From the NCBI RefSeq assembly GCF_035285525.1, contig NZ_JAYKGW010000241.1, forward strand, positions 1 to 23,707: 23,707 nt of DNA, written 5' to 3'. Position 1 is the first letter of the stretch. Each line of letters opens with the position of its first letter. Below, piece after piece: positions 9,307 through 18,266 of the stretch. The notes under the pieces were generated by a model, which was not told where the DNA came from, did not search any database, and saw nothing but the letters and a program-made list of their open reading frames with translations. A program made the translations under genes and the position numbers. Source of the DNA: Okeania sp. Its GTDB lineage: Bacteria > Cyanobacteriota > Cyanobacteriia > Cyanobacteriales > Microcoleaceae.

Positions 9307-10737
9307 ATGTCTAACAAACAGCCATGTATTCTAGTAGTTGATGATGAAGCAAATAATCTAACTTTATTAAAAGAACTATTAGAATCAGAAGGATACACCA
9401 CTATATCAGCAAACAATGGTAAAAAAGCACTACAAATTGCTAATCAATCTCCACCTGATTTAATATTACTAGATATAATGATGCCCGAAATTGATGGATT
9501 TGAAGTTTGTAAATCCTTACGTCATAATCCACAATTAAACACAATTCCCATAATTTTTTTAACAGCCCTAAATGATGAAAAATCTCAATTAAAAGGCTTA
9601 GAATTAATGGGAGATGATTATATTACCAAGCCATTTAACACTCCTTTGCTTTTAGCCAAAATTGCTAGTCTTTTACGATTAAATAAAATACGTTCTCAAA
9701 CTACAAAATATCAAAAAAACACTAAAAAACTAGATAAACAAAGTGATTTAGAACTATCAGCAGCATTAAAAATTAATCAAGTTTTATCAGAAAAATTTAG
9801 ATTGTTTGTGCCACAGCAATTTTTATCCAGAATAGCACCCAAAGGTGTAGACTCAATTAAACTTGGGGATGCCACAGAAGAAGAACTAACAGTTCTATTT
9901 TGTGATATTCGAGGCTTTACAGCAATAGCTGAATCACAAAACGCAAGAGATACTTTGAAATGGTTAAATTCTTTTTTTAATGAAATGACTACCAGTATTT
10001 CTGCTAATCAAGGATTTATAGATAAATTTTTAGGTGATGCAATTATGGCAGTATTTGATAAATATGAATATCATAGTTTAAATGGGTTGAAAGCTGCTAT
10101 AAGTATGCAGGAAAATTTACAAAATTTTAATCTTAATTATCATAAATATAATCTCAGAGAACCTGTAAAAATTGGTATTGGTGTTCATACAGGTATTGGT
10201 GTTATTGGTACTTTGGGTTCCGAAAAAAGAATGGATTCTACAGTTATTGGAGACGTTGTTAATACTGCATCTCGTTTAGAAAGTTTAACTAAGACTTATG
10301 GATGTTCAATTATTGTCAGCGAGCAAGTTATTTCGGAAATACAAAATAACTGTCAAGCAGGAAAACAGATAGAAGCTAAGAATAAAAATTGCAATAGTCA
10401 TAATAATCAGCCTACTTACCCTGAAAAAATTTATTACAGGTGGATTGATACAGTTATTTTGCGGGGAAAACAAATAGCTATCAACATTTATGAGTTACTA
10501 GGCACTGAAAAGAATATTATTGAATCCGAAAAAATTGCAACTTTATCAATATTTAATAAAGCAGTTAAAGGATGGAAAGTTGGTAAATATGCAGCAGCTT
10601 TAGAATATTTTCAACAAGTAAAAAAGCTCAACTCTCTTGATAATATTGCTGGTTTATATATCGAACGTTGCCAAGAAAAACTTGTTTTGGTAGAAACTGG
10701 AAAAAATGATGTAAATTTAACTGATTCAAATTTTTAA
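9307..10737 (+). CDS. response-regulator receiver fused to a class III adenylate/guanylate cyclase domain, with a TPR-like C-terminal tail
   Basis: 476 aa. The receiver has ILVVDDE, LILLDIMMPEIDG and TKP. The cyclase homology domain has LTVLFCDIRGFTAIAE, FLGDAIMAVF, IGIGVHTGIGVIGTLG and GDVVNTASRLES. Confidence 0.9.
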   Translation: MSNKQPCILVVDDEANNLTLLKELLESEGYTTISANNGKKALQIANQSPPDLILLDIMMPEIDGFEVCKSLRHNPQLNTIPIIFLTALNDEKSQLKGLELMGDDYITKPFNTPLLLAKIASLLRLNKIRSQTTKYQKNTKKLDKQSDLELSAALKINQVLSEKFRLFVPQQFLSRIAPKGVDSIKLGDATEEELTVLFCDIRGFTAIAESQNARDTLKWLNSFFNEMTTSISANQGFIDKFLGDAIMAVFDKYEYHSLNGLKAAISMQENLQNFNLNYHKYNLREPVKIGIGVHTGIGVIGTLGSEKRMDSTVIGDVVNTASRLESLTKTYGCSIIVSEQVISEIQNNCQAGKQIEAKNKNCNSHNNQPTYPEKIYYRWIDTVILRGKQIAINIYELLGTEKNIIESEKIATLSIFNKAVKGWKVGKYAAALEYFQQVKKLNSLDNIAGLYIERCQEKLVLVETGKNDVNLTDSNF

Positions 10738-10799
10738 TCAGGGCTTGCCTATGGAAATCTTTCTCCCATTGACAAATGAAGCAGGCTGTTTCAGGTCAG

Positions 10800-10824
10800 G
10801 TTCAAAAATGTTCAATTTTTGAAC
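10800..10824 (+). terminator. AT-rich hairpin downstream of the cyclase gene (possible terminator)
   Basis: GTTCAAAAAT-gttca-ATTTTTGAAC forms a perfect 10-bp stem. No U-tract follows, so this is weak. Confidence 0.3.
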
Positions 10825-11385
10825 TATGATATAAGAATCACTCTTACTCTCTTTCCAGCCAACTCTTCTGTAACTTTCCTAGCTCTTAACTATTCCCTAC
10901 CTCCACTTTTTTAGTTTTCATGTTTGAAAATTAAAAATTAGATAAAGTTATAGTTTTCTAATTTTGGTTTTAATATTTTAAATTTTACTATTTTTGTCTG
11001 GCTGTTAAATCGGAAAATTTTTTTGACTTGGTTAACGAAGTTTCAAGATTTTTAGCGCTTTTTTTCAGTTTTGTGATATCCTATACTTATGATATTGTTG
11101 GTATATTTTATGTCTTGACTGATTTTTATGGCTATTAATTCTTATTCTGCTGTTGTTTTGGTTGATTTTTGTCTGAATCTGCTTTGCTCAAAATGACTTT
11201 TTTTCTTTGCCCGTTTTTGGCTATTTTGACAAAATCAAAATTTTGTGATATGGAAGCAGAGTTTTTAGTCTTTTGACATTTTATTTTTGTTGAATAATTA
11301 GTCTAGTGTATGGGCGAAAGAAGTCCAACGATATAATGATACCACGGTTGGTTTGAGGATGCAACCCTAATTCTCAGATTTTTTT

Positions 11386-11990
11386 GGGTGCTTCACAGAA
11401 TGAAAAATTTGAGTAGTTAAGAAAGGTTTGACGAAAGAGGCGATCGCTACTTTACCTCCTGGGGTGCTTCACAGAATGAAAAATTTGAGTAGTTAAAAGA
11501 AGTTGGCTCCAAGAGAAAATTCCTGCCTCCTTTCTTAGGGTGCTTCACAGAATGAAAAATTTGAGTAGTTAAAAGAAGTTGGCTCCAAGAGAAAATTCCT
11601 GCCTCCTTTCTTAGGGTGCTTCACAGAATGAAAAATTTGAGTAGTTAAAAAAGGTTTGAGGAAAGAGGCGATCGCTACTTTCCTTCTGGGGTGCTTCACA
11701 GAATGAAAAATTTGAGTAGTTAAAAAAGGTTTTATGAAAGAGAAAATTCCTACCTCCTTTCTTAGGGTGCTTCAGAGAATGAAAAATTTGAGTAGTTAAA
11801 AGAAGTTGGCTCCAAGAGAAAATCCCTACTTTACCTTCTGGGGTGCTTCACAGAATGAAAAATTTGAGTAGTTAAAAGAAGTTGTCTCCAAGAGAAAATC
11901 CCTACTTTCCTTCTGGAGTGCTTCACAGAATGAAAAATTCTAAGTAGTTTAAGAAAGGTTTGATGAAAAAGCTGATAACTGTTCATTGAA
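11386..11990. repeat. array of 8 tandem 75-76 bp non-coding units (invariant 35-nt core plus a diverged 40-nt half)
   Basis: Unit starts are 11386, 11462, 11538, 11614, 11689, 11765, 11841 and 11916. The core GGGTGCTTCACAGAATGAAAAATTTGAGTAGTTAA is identical in units 1-5 and 7, has one substitution in unit 6, and is degenerate in unit 8. Units 2 and 3 are identical over all 76 nt. Confidence 0.95.
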
Positions 11991-12016
11991 AAGAGGACTT
12001 GATTAATACCAAGTCC
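11985..12016 (-). terminator. likely terminator of the pst operon
   Basis: Minus strand: GGACTTG-gtattaat-CAAGTCC followed by TCTTTTC, 28 nt after the pstB stop codon. Confidence 0.5.
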
Positions 12017-12043
12017 CATAAAAACCAAAATAAAAAACCAACC

Positions 12044-12862
12044 TTAACCGAAACGACCACTTACATACTGTTGAGTAGCTTCCTCCTTCGGATTTTGGAA
12101 AATATTGTGAGTTTCATCAAATTCCACCAAATAACCAAAACGCTGACCACCCTCCTCAGCTTTTGCATTAAAAAAGGCCGTTACATCGGCCACCCTAGTT
12201 GCTTGCTGCATATTGTGAGTCACAATAATAATAGTGTAATTTTCCTTCAGCTCATTAATCAACTCCTCCACCTTAATAGTAGAAATAGGGTCAAGAGAAG
12301 CACAAGGCTCATCCATCAAAACCACATCCGGACTAACAGCAACTGCACGAGCAATACACAAACGTTGTTGCTGACCTCCAGAAAGAGCAAAACCACTTTG
12401 CCCCAACTTATCCTTAACCTCATCCCATAAAACAGCTTGTCGTAGCGATCGCTCAACTATCTCATCCATCTCCTCCTTAGTTTTAGCCAAACCATTAATT
12501 CTAACTCCATAAGCAATATTATCATAAATTGACTTAGGAAAAGGATTAGGCTTTTGAAACACCATTCCGATGCGACGGCGAATTTCTACAGGGTCAATAT
12601 TTGGATCATAAATATTGTGATTATGATAAAGAATACGACCTTTTAAACGGAAAATACTAATCAAATCATTGAGACGATTAAAGCAACGTAATAATGTACT
12701 TTTACCACAACCAGAAGGTCCGATAAAAGCAGTTACTCTATTTTTAGGAATTTCTAATGAAACACCTCTTACCGCTTCAAAACCTCCGTAAAAAATACTG
12801 ACATCTTCTGCTGAAAGAGCAGAAGCAAAATTTACTTTAGAAAGATTTATTTGAGACTCCAT
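12044..12862 (-). CDS. pstB: phosphate ABC transporter ATP-binding protein
   Basis: 272 aa. Walker A is GPSGCGKST, the signature is [14 protein letters not shown] and Walker B is VVLMDEP. It is last in a pstSCAB-ordered cluster. An SD (GGAGG) lies 8 nt before the ATG. Confidence 0.95.
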   Translation of the reverse strand: MESQINLSKVNFASALSAEDVSIFYGGFEAVRGVSLEIPKNRVTAFIGPSGCGKSTLLRCFNRLNDLISIFRLKGRILYHNHNIYDPNIDPVEIRRRIGMVFQKPNPFPKSIYDNIAYGVRINGLAKTKEEMDEIVERSLRQAVLWDEVKDKLGQSGFALSGGQQQRLCIARAVAVSPDVVLMDEPCASLDPISTIKVEELINELKENYTIIIVTHNMQQATRVADVTAFFNAKAEEGGQRFGYLVEFDETHNIFQNPKEEATQQYVSGRFG

Positions 12863-13178
12863 TAGACATAACCTCCTAAATTTTGTAGTCTAAAAATTAT
12901 TTTATTTATAGCTTTTATAGCTTTAAGCGGTCAGCCATCAGCCATCAGCAAATCAACGAATAATTCCTTCTTAGTTTAGAGAAAATTACATTGGTAGTAA
13001 CTTTTAATTCTTCCTCAATTTGAGAATTACTTTTACCAATTAACTAATAATTATTCTCCAGAACTTTAAAACCTCTATTTTTAAATAAATAATTGATAAT
13101 TATAGATAGTTTTCATTATCCATTATCAATTAAATTAAGTAAAGTTTTAACCAGAAGTAATTATTCATCATCAATTAA

Positions 13179-14063
13179 TCAAAATTGCTTTTGACTGGTT
13201 GCCCAACGAGAAAGAATACTGGTAATTAAAACCAATAAAACTAACACCAAAGAACCTGCCCAAGCAAACTCTTGTAAAACCAAATCAAAACTACGGGCAA
13301 ACTCATATACTAGATATGCCAAAGATGGTACAGTCGGCGCCAAAGGTCCACGAGGCCAATTATTAGAATAAACCACAGTAAAAAGTAGTGGAGCTGTTTC
13401 TCCAGCAGCACGAGCGATCGCTAGAGTTATACCTGTAATAATACCTGGTAAAGCAGCAGGCAAAACTATTTGTAAAACAGTTTGATAATTAGAAGCACCA
13501 ACTCCTACAGATGCCCATCTAATATCTTTAGGAACTATTTGTAAAGCCTCATCAGTAGTTCTAATAATAGTAGGTAACATCAAAATTGATAAAGCAACTC
13601 CTCCAGCAAATGCAGAAAATTTCCCCATAGTTAAAACCAATAAACTATAGGCAAATACCCCAGCAATAATTGATGGTACACCACTCAAAACATTAGTCGC
13701 AAATCGAATTGGGCGGGAAGTTTTTTCGTCACTAAATTCTGACAAATAAACTGCTGCTAAGATACCAAAAGGTACTGCAATTAAACTAGCAATTACTACT
13801 ACCATAATTGTACCTAAAATAGCATTAGCAATACCCCCTGATGTTTGACCTGCTGCGGGAGGTAATTGAGTAAATAAATCTAAATTTAGACGACTTACTC
13901 CTTTAATAAAAACATAAATTAATACAGCAAAGAGAGGGATAAGAGTGATAACTATGCAACTAGCTGATAAAGCAGTCATCACTTTATTAAAAATTTCCCT
14001 GGAGCTAGTAGGGTTTCTTTTTAGATTAATAGAAGATTGTGGGTTATCGGTAGTATTTTTCAT
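13179..14063 (-). CDS. pstA: phosphate ABC transporter permease
   Basis: 294 aa polytopic membrane protein with a binding-protein-dependent permease loop (LAIARAAGETAPLLFT). Its position between pstC and pstB supports the call. Confidence 0.9.
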   Translation of the reverse strand: MKNTTDNPQSSINLKRNPTSSREIFNKVMTALSASCIVITLIPLFAVLIYVFIKGVSRLNLDLFTQLPPAAGQTSGGIANAILGTIMVVVIASLIAVPFGILAAVYLSEFSDEKTSRPIRFATNVLSGVPSIIAGVFAYSLLVLTMGKFSAFAGGVALSILMLPTIIRTTDEALQIVPKDIRWASVGVGASNYQTVLQIVLPAALPGIITGITLAIARAAGETAPLLFTVVYSNNWPRGPLAPTVPSLAYLVYEFARSFDLVLQEFAWAGSLVLVLLVLITSILSRWATSQKQF

Positions 14064-14113
14064 TTCAGTTATCAGTTACATTTCAGTTATCAATTATCAG
14101 TTATCAGTTATAA
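14064..14113. repeat. STRR heptamer repeat (CAGTTAT-type) abutting the pstA start codon
   Basis: ttcagttatcagttacatttcagttatcaattatcagttatcagttataat. Confidence 0.9.
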
Positions 14114-14325
14114 TATTCTACCTTTGTATGTAATCAGATTTAATTCTGGTTCAATCAAACTTTATTTTTAAAGTTTCAAGTTTAAATAAAGCTTTTCCTT
14201 CAACATAAAGTCATAGCTAATAGTTGACAAATGACCGCTCAATATTTACACCTGAATTAATTTGCATCCTCATTTTCTAGTTTTTCTAATAATTTGAAAT
14301 CCTATAAATTAGCTATTTATCCCAA

Positions 14326-15300
14326 TTAATACTTAGCTTTAATTTGATTCACAATCCAATTAGCAAGTATATTTACAAGTAAAGTTAAAACAAACAGAAC
14401 TATCCCTGTATACATCAAAGCAGAAAGTTGTAAACCAGAAGCCTCAGCAAATTGATTTGCCATCAAAGAAGCGATAGTATTAGCAGGAGCAAAAAGAGTA
14501 AACTTAATCGAATTAGCATTACCAATTAACATAGTTACAGCCATAGTTTCTCCCATAGCTCTTCCTAAACCTAACATTACACCACCAACAATTCCCGAAA
14601 AAGCAGCAGGAATTAAAACCCTAATAATAGTACCCCAACGAGTAGCCCCTAAACCCAAAGAAGCTTGTCGTAAATCAGGCGGTAAACTAGCAAGAGAATC
14701 ACGAGAAATTGCCGTAATAATTGGTAGAATCATTATTGATAAAATAACAACAGCAGGAAACATTCCCGGACCTCCTGCACGGACACCTTCTGGAATAGAA
14801 AATAGTGGAATCCACCCCAAAAATTGACCAAGAAAAGCTTCCACTGGTTCAAGAAAAGGAAGTAAAACATAAATACCCCATAAACCATAAACTACACTAG
14901 GAATAGCTGCTAATAATTCCACCATAAAAGTCAATGGAACAACTATTTTTTTAGGGAGAAAATCCTCACTTAGAAATATTGCTGTACCAACACCTAGAGG
15001 AACCGCAATAAATAGGGCGAAAATAGAACTAACCAAGGTTCCCACAATCATTGGCCATGCACCATAATCACCCTGCCCATCATTAGCAACAGGGTTCCAA
15101 ACACTTTTGAAAAGAAAACTCAGACCAAATTCATTAATAGATGGTATTGCACGAGAAGCTACAGTTAAAGCCATTAATATCAAAAGAACTGCTATACCCC
15201 AAGCAAATATTTTAGTCAGGATAATAAAACCATTATCAAACTTTTTTTCTCCATCACTCCGAGAGCGATTATCTTTTTGAATTTGAGATTGTGCAACCAT
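14326..15300 (-). CDS. pstC: phosphate ABC transporter permease
   Basis: 324 aa polytopic membrane protein with a permease loop (GLGRAMGETMAVTMLIGN). It lies directly downstream of pstS. Confidence 0.9.
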   Translation of the reverse strand: MVAQSQIQKDNRSRSDGEKKFDNGFIILTKIFAWGIAVLLILMALTVASRAIPSINEFGLSFLFKSVWNPVANDGQGDYGAWPMIVGTLVSSIFALFIAVPLGVGTAIFLSEDFLPKKIVVPLTFMVELLAAIPSVVYGLWGIYVLLPFLEPVEAFLGQFLGWIPLFSIPEGVRAGGPGMFPAVVILSIMILPIITAISRDSLASLPPDLRQASLGLGATRWGTIIRVLIPAAFSGIVGGVMLGLGRAMGETMAVTMLIGNANSIKFTLFAPANTIASLMANQFAEASGLQLSALMYTGIVLFVLTLLVNILANWIVNQIKAKY

Positions 15301-15624
15301 ATATTTTTTGATTCTACCTAACGTAAATTGTTCATAAATATTCAGATTTTAGCTATTAGCTATTTCTGCTGAATTTTCACAAATTTTCTACCTTTTCTAG
15401 CCTTGATTAATTTACTTATAAATTTTTTTTAAAGATACTTTTGAAATGACAGCAGATTCCACTTTTATGAAGTACACCTAAGCAAGATTTCCGGTTCGCT
15501 AATATGCGAATATTTAATAATTAAATCCGTGCTTCTTATAATTAGAATTTGCTATATATTCTTTTCCCAAAATGACAAAAGTTTAATTCAAAATACTAAA
15601 TTATGAATTAAACTTTTTTTGATT

Positions 15625-16704
15625 TTATTTGAGAGTCATGGTGTAATCTGGACTAATTTTATCAGCAGCTTCTAGAACTTTTTGACGTACATTTTCAGGT
15701 AGAGGAATATAACCTAATTCAGAACTAACTTGTTGACCTTCATTTAAACCATATTCAATCATTTTTTCTATACCTGTAGCTTTATCTGCATCATCATAAC
15801 TACCATAAACAAGCATCCAAGTATAAGTTACAATAGGATAAGAATCTTCCCCCTCTGGATCGGTAATAAAAGCTCGTAAATTCTCAGGTAATGTAACTGC
15901 GGCTAAAGTTGCTGCCGCTGATTCAGGAGCAGGCTCTATATACTTACCAGCTTGATTTTCTAGAGAAGCCATACTGAGGCCAGCACTCTTAGCATAACCA
16001 TACTCAACATACCCTATAGTTCCTTCTGTTTGTTTAATTTGAGCAGTTACACCATCATTCTTAGCACCACCAATACCTGTTAGCCATTGAACAGTTTTAC
16101 CTTCTCCTACTTTTTCTTTCCACTCTGGACTAATAGCACTTAAATGCTGGGTGAAAACTCCAGTTGTACCACTACCATCAGAACGATATACAACTGTAAT
16201 AGCTTGATCTGGCAAAGTCAAATCCGGATTGATTTCAGCTATTTTGGGGTCATTCCAGTTAGTAATCTTACCCAAAAGGATATCTACATAAACTTTTCTG
16301 GAAAGTTTGAGACCAGAAATATCAGGCAAGTTGTAAGCTAAAACCACACTACCCGCAGTCATCGGTAGTAAGATAACCCCTCTCCCTACTTTGGCAATTT
16401 CATCATCTTTCATTGCCACATCAGAAGCACCAAAATCTACTAACTCTTGAGTAAATCTTTCCACACCAGCTCCACTACCAACTGACTGATAATCTACTTG
16501 TATATTAAGGTCAGTATTACCTAACTCTTGAAACCAACGTTGATAGATAGGTGATGGAAAAGAAGCTCCAGCTCCAACTAAGCTTACTGAACCACCTCCA
16601 TTATTACTACCACCACTACAGGAAGCCAAACCAAATGTTATAACTACTGCCGATACCTTTGCTGTAATATTAGTTATTCCAGAAAGACTTATACCAAATT
16701 CCAT
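15625..16704 (-). CDS. pstS: periplasmic phosphate-binding protein, lipoprotein form
   Basis: 359 aa. It has a lipobox (FGLASC followed by a SGGSNNGGGS linker) and PstS-type motifs GAGASFPSPIYQRW, YQSVGSGAGV and YRSDGSGTT. Confidence 0.95.
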   Translation of the reverse strand: MEFGISLSGITNITAKVSAVVITFGLASCSGGSNNGGGSVSLVGAGASFPSPIYQRWFQELGNTDLNIQVDYQSVGSGAGVERFTQELVDFGASDVAMKDDEIAKVGRGVILLPMTAGSVVLAYNLPDISGLKLSRKVYVDILLGKITNWNDPKIAEINPDLTLPDQAITVVYRSDGSGTTGVFTQHLSAISPEWKEKVGEGKTVQWLTGIGGAKNDGVTAQIKQTEGTIGYVEYGYAKSAGLSMASLENQAGKYIEPAPESAAATLAAVTLPENLRAFITDPEGEDSYPIVTYTWMLVYGSYDDADKATGIEKMIEYGLNEGQQVSSELGYIPLPENVRQKVLEAADKISPDYTMTLK

Positions 16705-16768
16705 AGTTGCTTAGGTTTCTATATTTTTCTAGACACTAAAAAGAATAAACGAAAGCTTCACATTTTGC

Positions 16769-16818
16769 GGTTAAAGGAAGGTTAAAGAAAGGTTAAAGGA
16801 AGGTTAAAGGAAGGTTGA
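16769..16818 (-). promoter_or_regulatory. Pho-box array (PhoB/SphR binding sites) upstream of pstS-pstCAB
   Basis: The plus strand shows ggttaaaggaa ggttaaagaaa ggttaaaggaa ggttaaaggaa ggttgatgata with an exact 11-bp phase. The minus strand reads TTTAACCT + 3 nt, repeated. This matches the published cyanobacterial Pho-box consensus PyTTAAPyPy(T/A) with a 3-nt linker. It lies 65-115 nt upstream of the pstS ATG. Confidence 0.75.
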
Positions 16819-17065
16819 TGATAGTGAATTATTAGCATAAATATAGGGGATATTAATTAAATTTTCTCAGAAAAATCTTATATTTAAAGTCGAATCAAAA
16901 TATCAGAGAAAGTAGTTAAAAGTATCACCTTATTAGTCACAAATAAAGACCCTTTTTCCAATTCCTATCTAATACAAACTCCACTTATGAAAAGGTAGTT
17001 TTTCCAAATTATTCTCACCCTTCCGCCTTACATTATCAAATAATAAAGCTTTTCTATAAACTACA

Positions 17066-17112
17066 AAAACCAAAAAATCAACCCTTCTTTGTATACAAGA
17101 ATAAGAAGGGTT
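17066..17112 (-). terminator. Rho-independent terminator after the upstream pstS paralog
   Basis: Minus strand: AACCCTTCTT-loop-AAGAAGGGTT (10-bp stem) followed by GATTTTTTGGTTTTT, about 20 nt after the stop at 17134. Confidence 0.75.
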
Positions 17113-17133
17113 TAATCATTTTTTTACTAAAAA

Positions 17134-18234
17134 TTACTTAAGTTTAATTTGATAGCCAGAGCTAATTTTATCAGCAGCAGCAGCAACTGTTTGACGAACA
17201 TTGTTAGGTAGTGGAATATAACCTAATTCAGCACTTACCTTTTGCCCTTCATTTAAGCCATATTCAACCATTTTTTCTATAGCTACACCTTTAGATCCAT
17301 CATACTTGCTATACATTAGCATCCAAGTATAAGTAGCAATAGGATAAGAATTAGCACCGTCAGGATCGCTAATAAACGCACGAAGATTTCCAGGTAATTT
17401 TACTGCTGCTAAAGTAGCCTTAACTGAATCTTGAGAAGCGCTAACATATTTACCAGCTTTATTTTGTAGAGCTGCTGTAGGGAGACCAGCGCTCTTAGCA
17501 AAACCAAACTCAATATATCCTATTCCTCCCTTTATTTGTTTGATTTGAGCAGCTACACCATCATTCTTCGCACCGCCAACACCTGTTGGCCATTGAACAG
17601 TCTTACCTTCTCCTACTTTACTCTTCCACTCTGGACTAATAGCACTCAAATGCTTAGTGAAAACTCCAGTGGTACCACTACCATCAGAACGATGAACTAC
17701 CGTAATTGGTAGGTTAGGCAAATTTACCCCAGAATTAATAGCTTGAATTTTAGCATCATTCCAGTTTTTAATTTTACCCAAAAATATATCTACATAAACA
17801 GCTCTGGATAATTTTAGGTTAGATACACCTGGAACATTGTAAGCTAACACAACACTACCTGCTGTCATAGGAAGCATGATAACACCTCTCTTAACTTTGG
17901 CAATTTCATCATCTTTCATTGCCACATCAGAAGCACCGAAATCTACTAATTCTTGAGTAAAATCTCTAACACCAGCACCACTACCTTTGGATTGATAGTC
18001 TACACTAACATCTTTAAAATCTTTAAACCAACGCTGATACAGTGGAGCAGGAAAAGATGCACCCGATCCTAAAAGCTTAACTTTTTGTTGGGCTAGACTG
18101 TACTTTACTCCAGCAACTGTAGTAACTAAACCAATAGTTAATGCTACGAGGGAAGCTTTGGAGGTATTACGAATTACTCGACTAAGATTGATACCAAGTG
18201 TCATGTATTTACTCTCTGATATTGAATTTAACAA
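17134..18234 (-). CDS. pstS: periplasmic phosphate-binding protein, second paralog with a non-lipoprotein signal peptide
   Basis: 366 aa, and by eye roughly 75-80% identical to the neighbouring PstS over the mature part. The N-terminus has a TM/signal segment ending SLAQQ with no Cys. Alignment with the paralog suggests the true start may be the Met at 18204 (MTLGINLS..). Confidence 0.9.
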   Translation of the reverse strand: MLNSISESKYMTLGINLSRVIRNTSKASLVALTIGLVTTVAGVKYSLAQQKVKLLGSGASFPAPLYQRWFKDFKDVSVDYQSKGSGAGVRDFTQELVDFGASDVAMKDDEIAKVKRGVIMLPMTAGSVVLAYNVPGVSNLKLSRAVYVDIFLGKIKNWNDAKIQAINSGVNLPNLPITVVHRSDGSGTTGVFTKHLSAISPEWKSKVGEGKTVQWPTGVGGAKNDGVAAQIKQIKGGIGYIEFGFAKSAGLPTAALQNKAGKYVSASQDSVKATLAAVKLPGNLRAFISDPDGANSYPIATYTWMLMYSKYDGSKGVAIEKMVEYGLNEGQKVSAELGYIPLPNNVRQTVAAAADKISSGYQIKLK

Positions 18235-18266
18235 AAGTTAGAATCAATGATAGTTGAACATACAGA

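Noticed and set aside
11395-11415. Fur-box-like A/T-rich segment (CAGAATGAAAAATTTGAGT) in each array core.
   Set aside because: Only about 10 of 19 positions match the classical Fur box, with no clear dyad beyond TTCA-N5-TGAA. This is not distinguishable from AT-rich background.
11462-11613. A 17-aa micro-ORF per repeat unit on the minus strand (AAGGAGG - 12 nt - TTG GAG CCA … GCA CCC TAA).
   Set aside because: It is present only in B-type units. In A-type units the same frame has a TAA and no start codon. The SD spacing is long, the start is TTG, and the 75/76-bp period shifts the frame between units.
11386-11990. CRISPR array. The period of about 76 bp would fit a 36-nt repeat plus a 40-nt spacer.
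   Set aside because: The 'spacers' are alignable paralogous sequences of only two types, recombined as modules, and units 2 and 3 are identical. There is no typical repeat terminus or palindrome, no leader, and no cas genes anywhere in the window.
11831-12028. Track ORF 11831..12028 (-), 65 aa.
   Set aside because: It reads through units 7-8 of the non-coding tandem array and through the pstB terminator hairpin. The peptide is internally repeated (IFHSVKH twice) only because of the DNA repeat.
11999-12430. Track ORF 11999..12430 (+), 143 aa.
   Set aside because: It lies entirely antisense to the well-supported pstB and its sequence is not protein-like. The same reasoning applies to 13945..14133 (+, antisense to pstA and STRR), 16144..16341 (+, antisense to pstS), 6773..7045 (-, antisense to the kinase) and 3726..3947 (+, antisense to the membrane protein gene).
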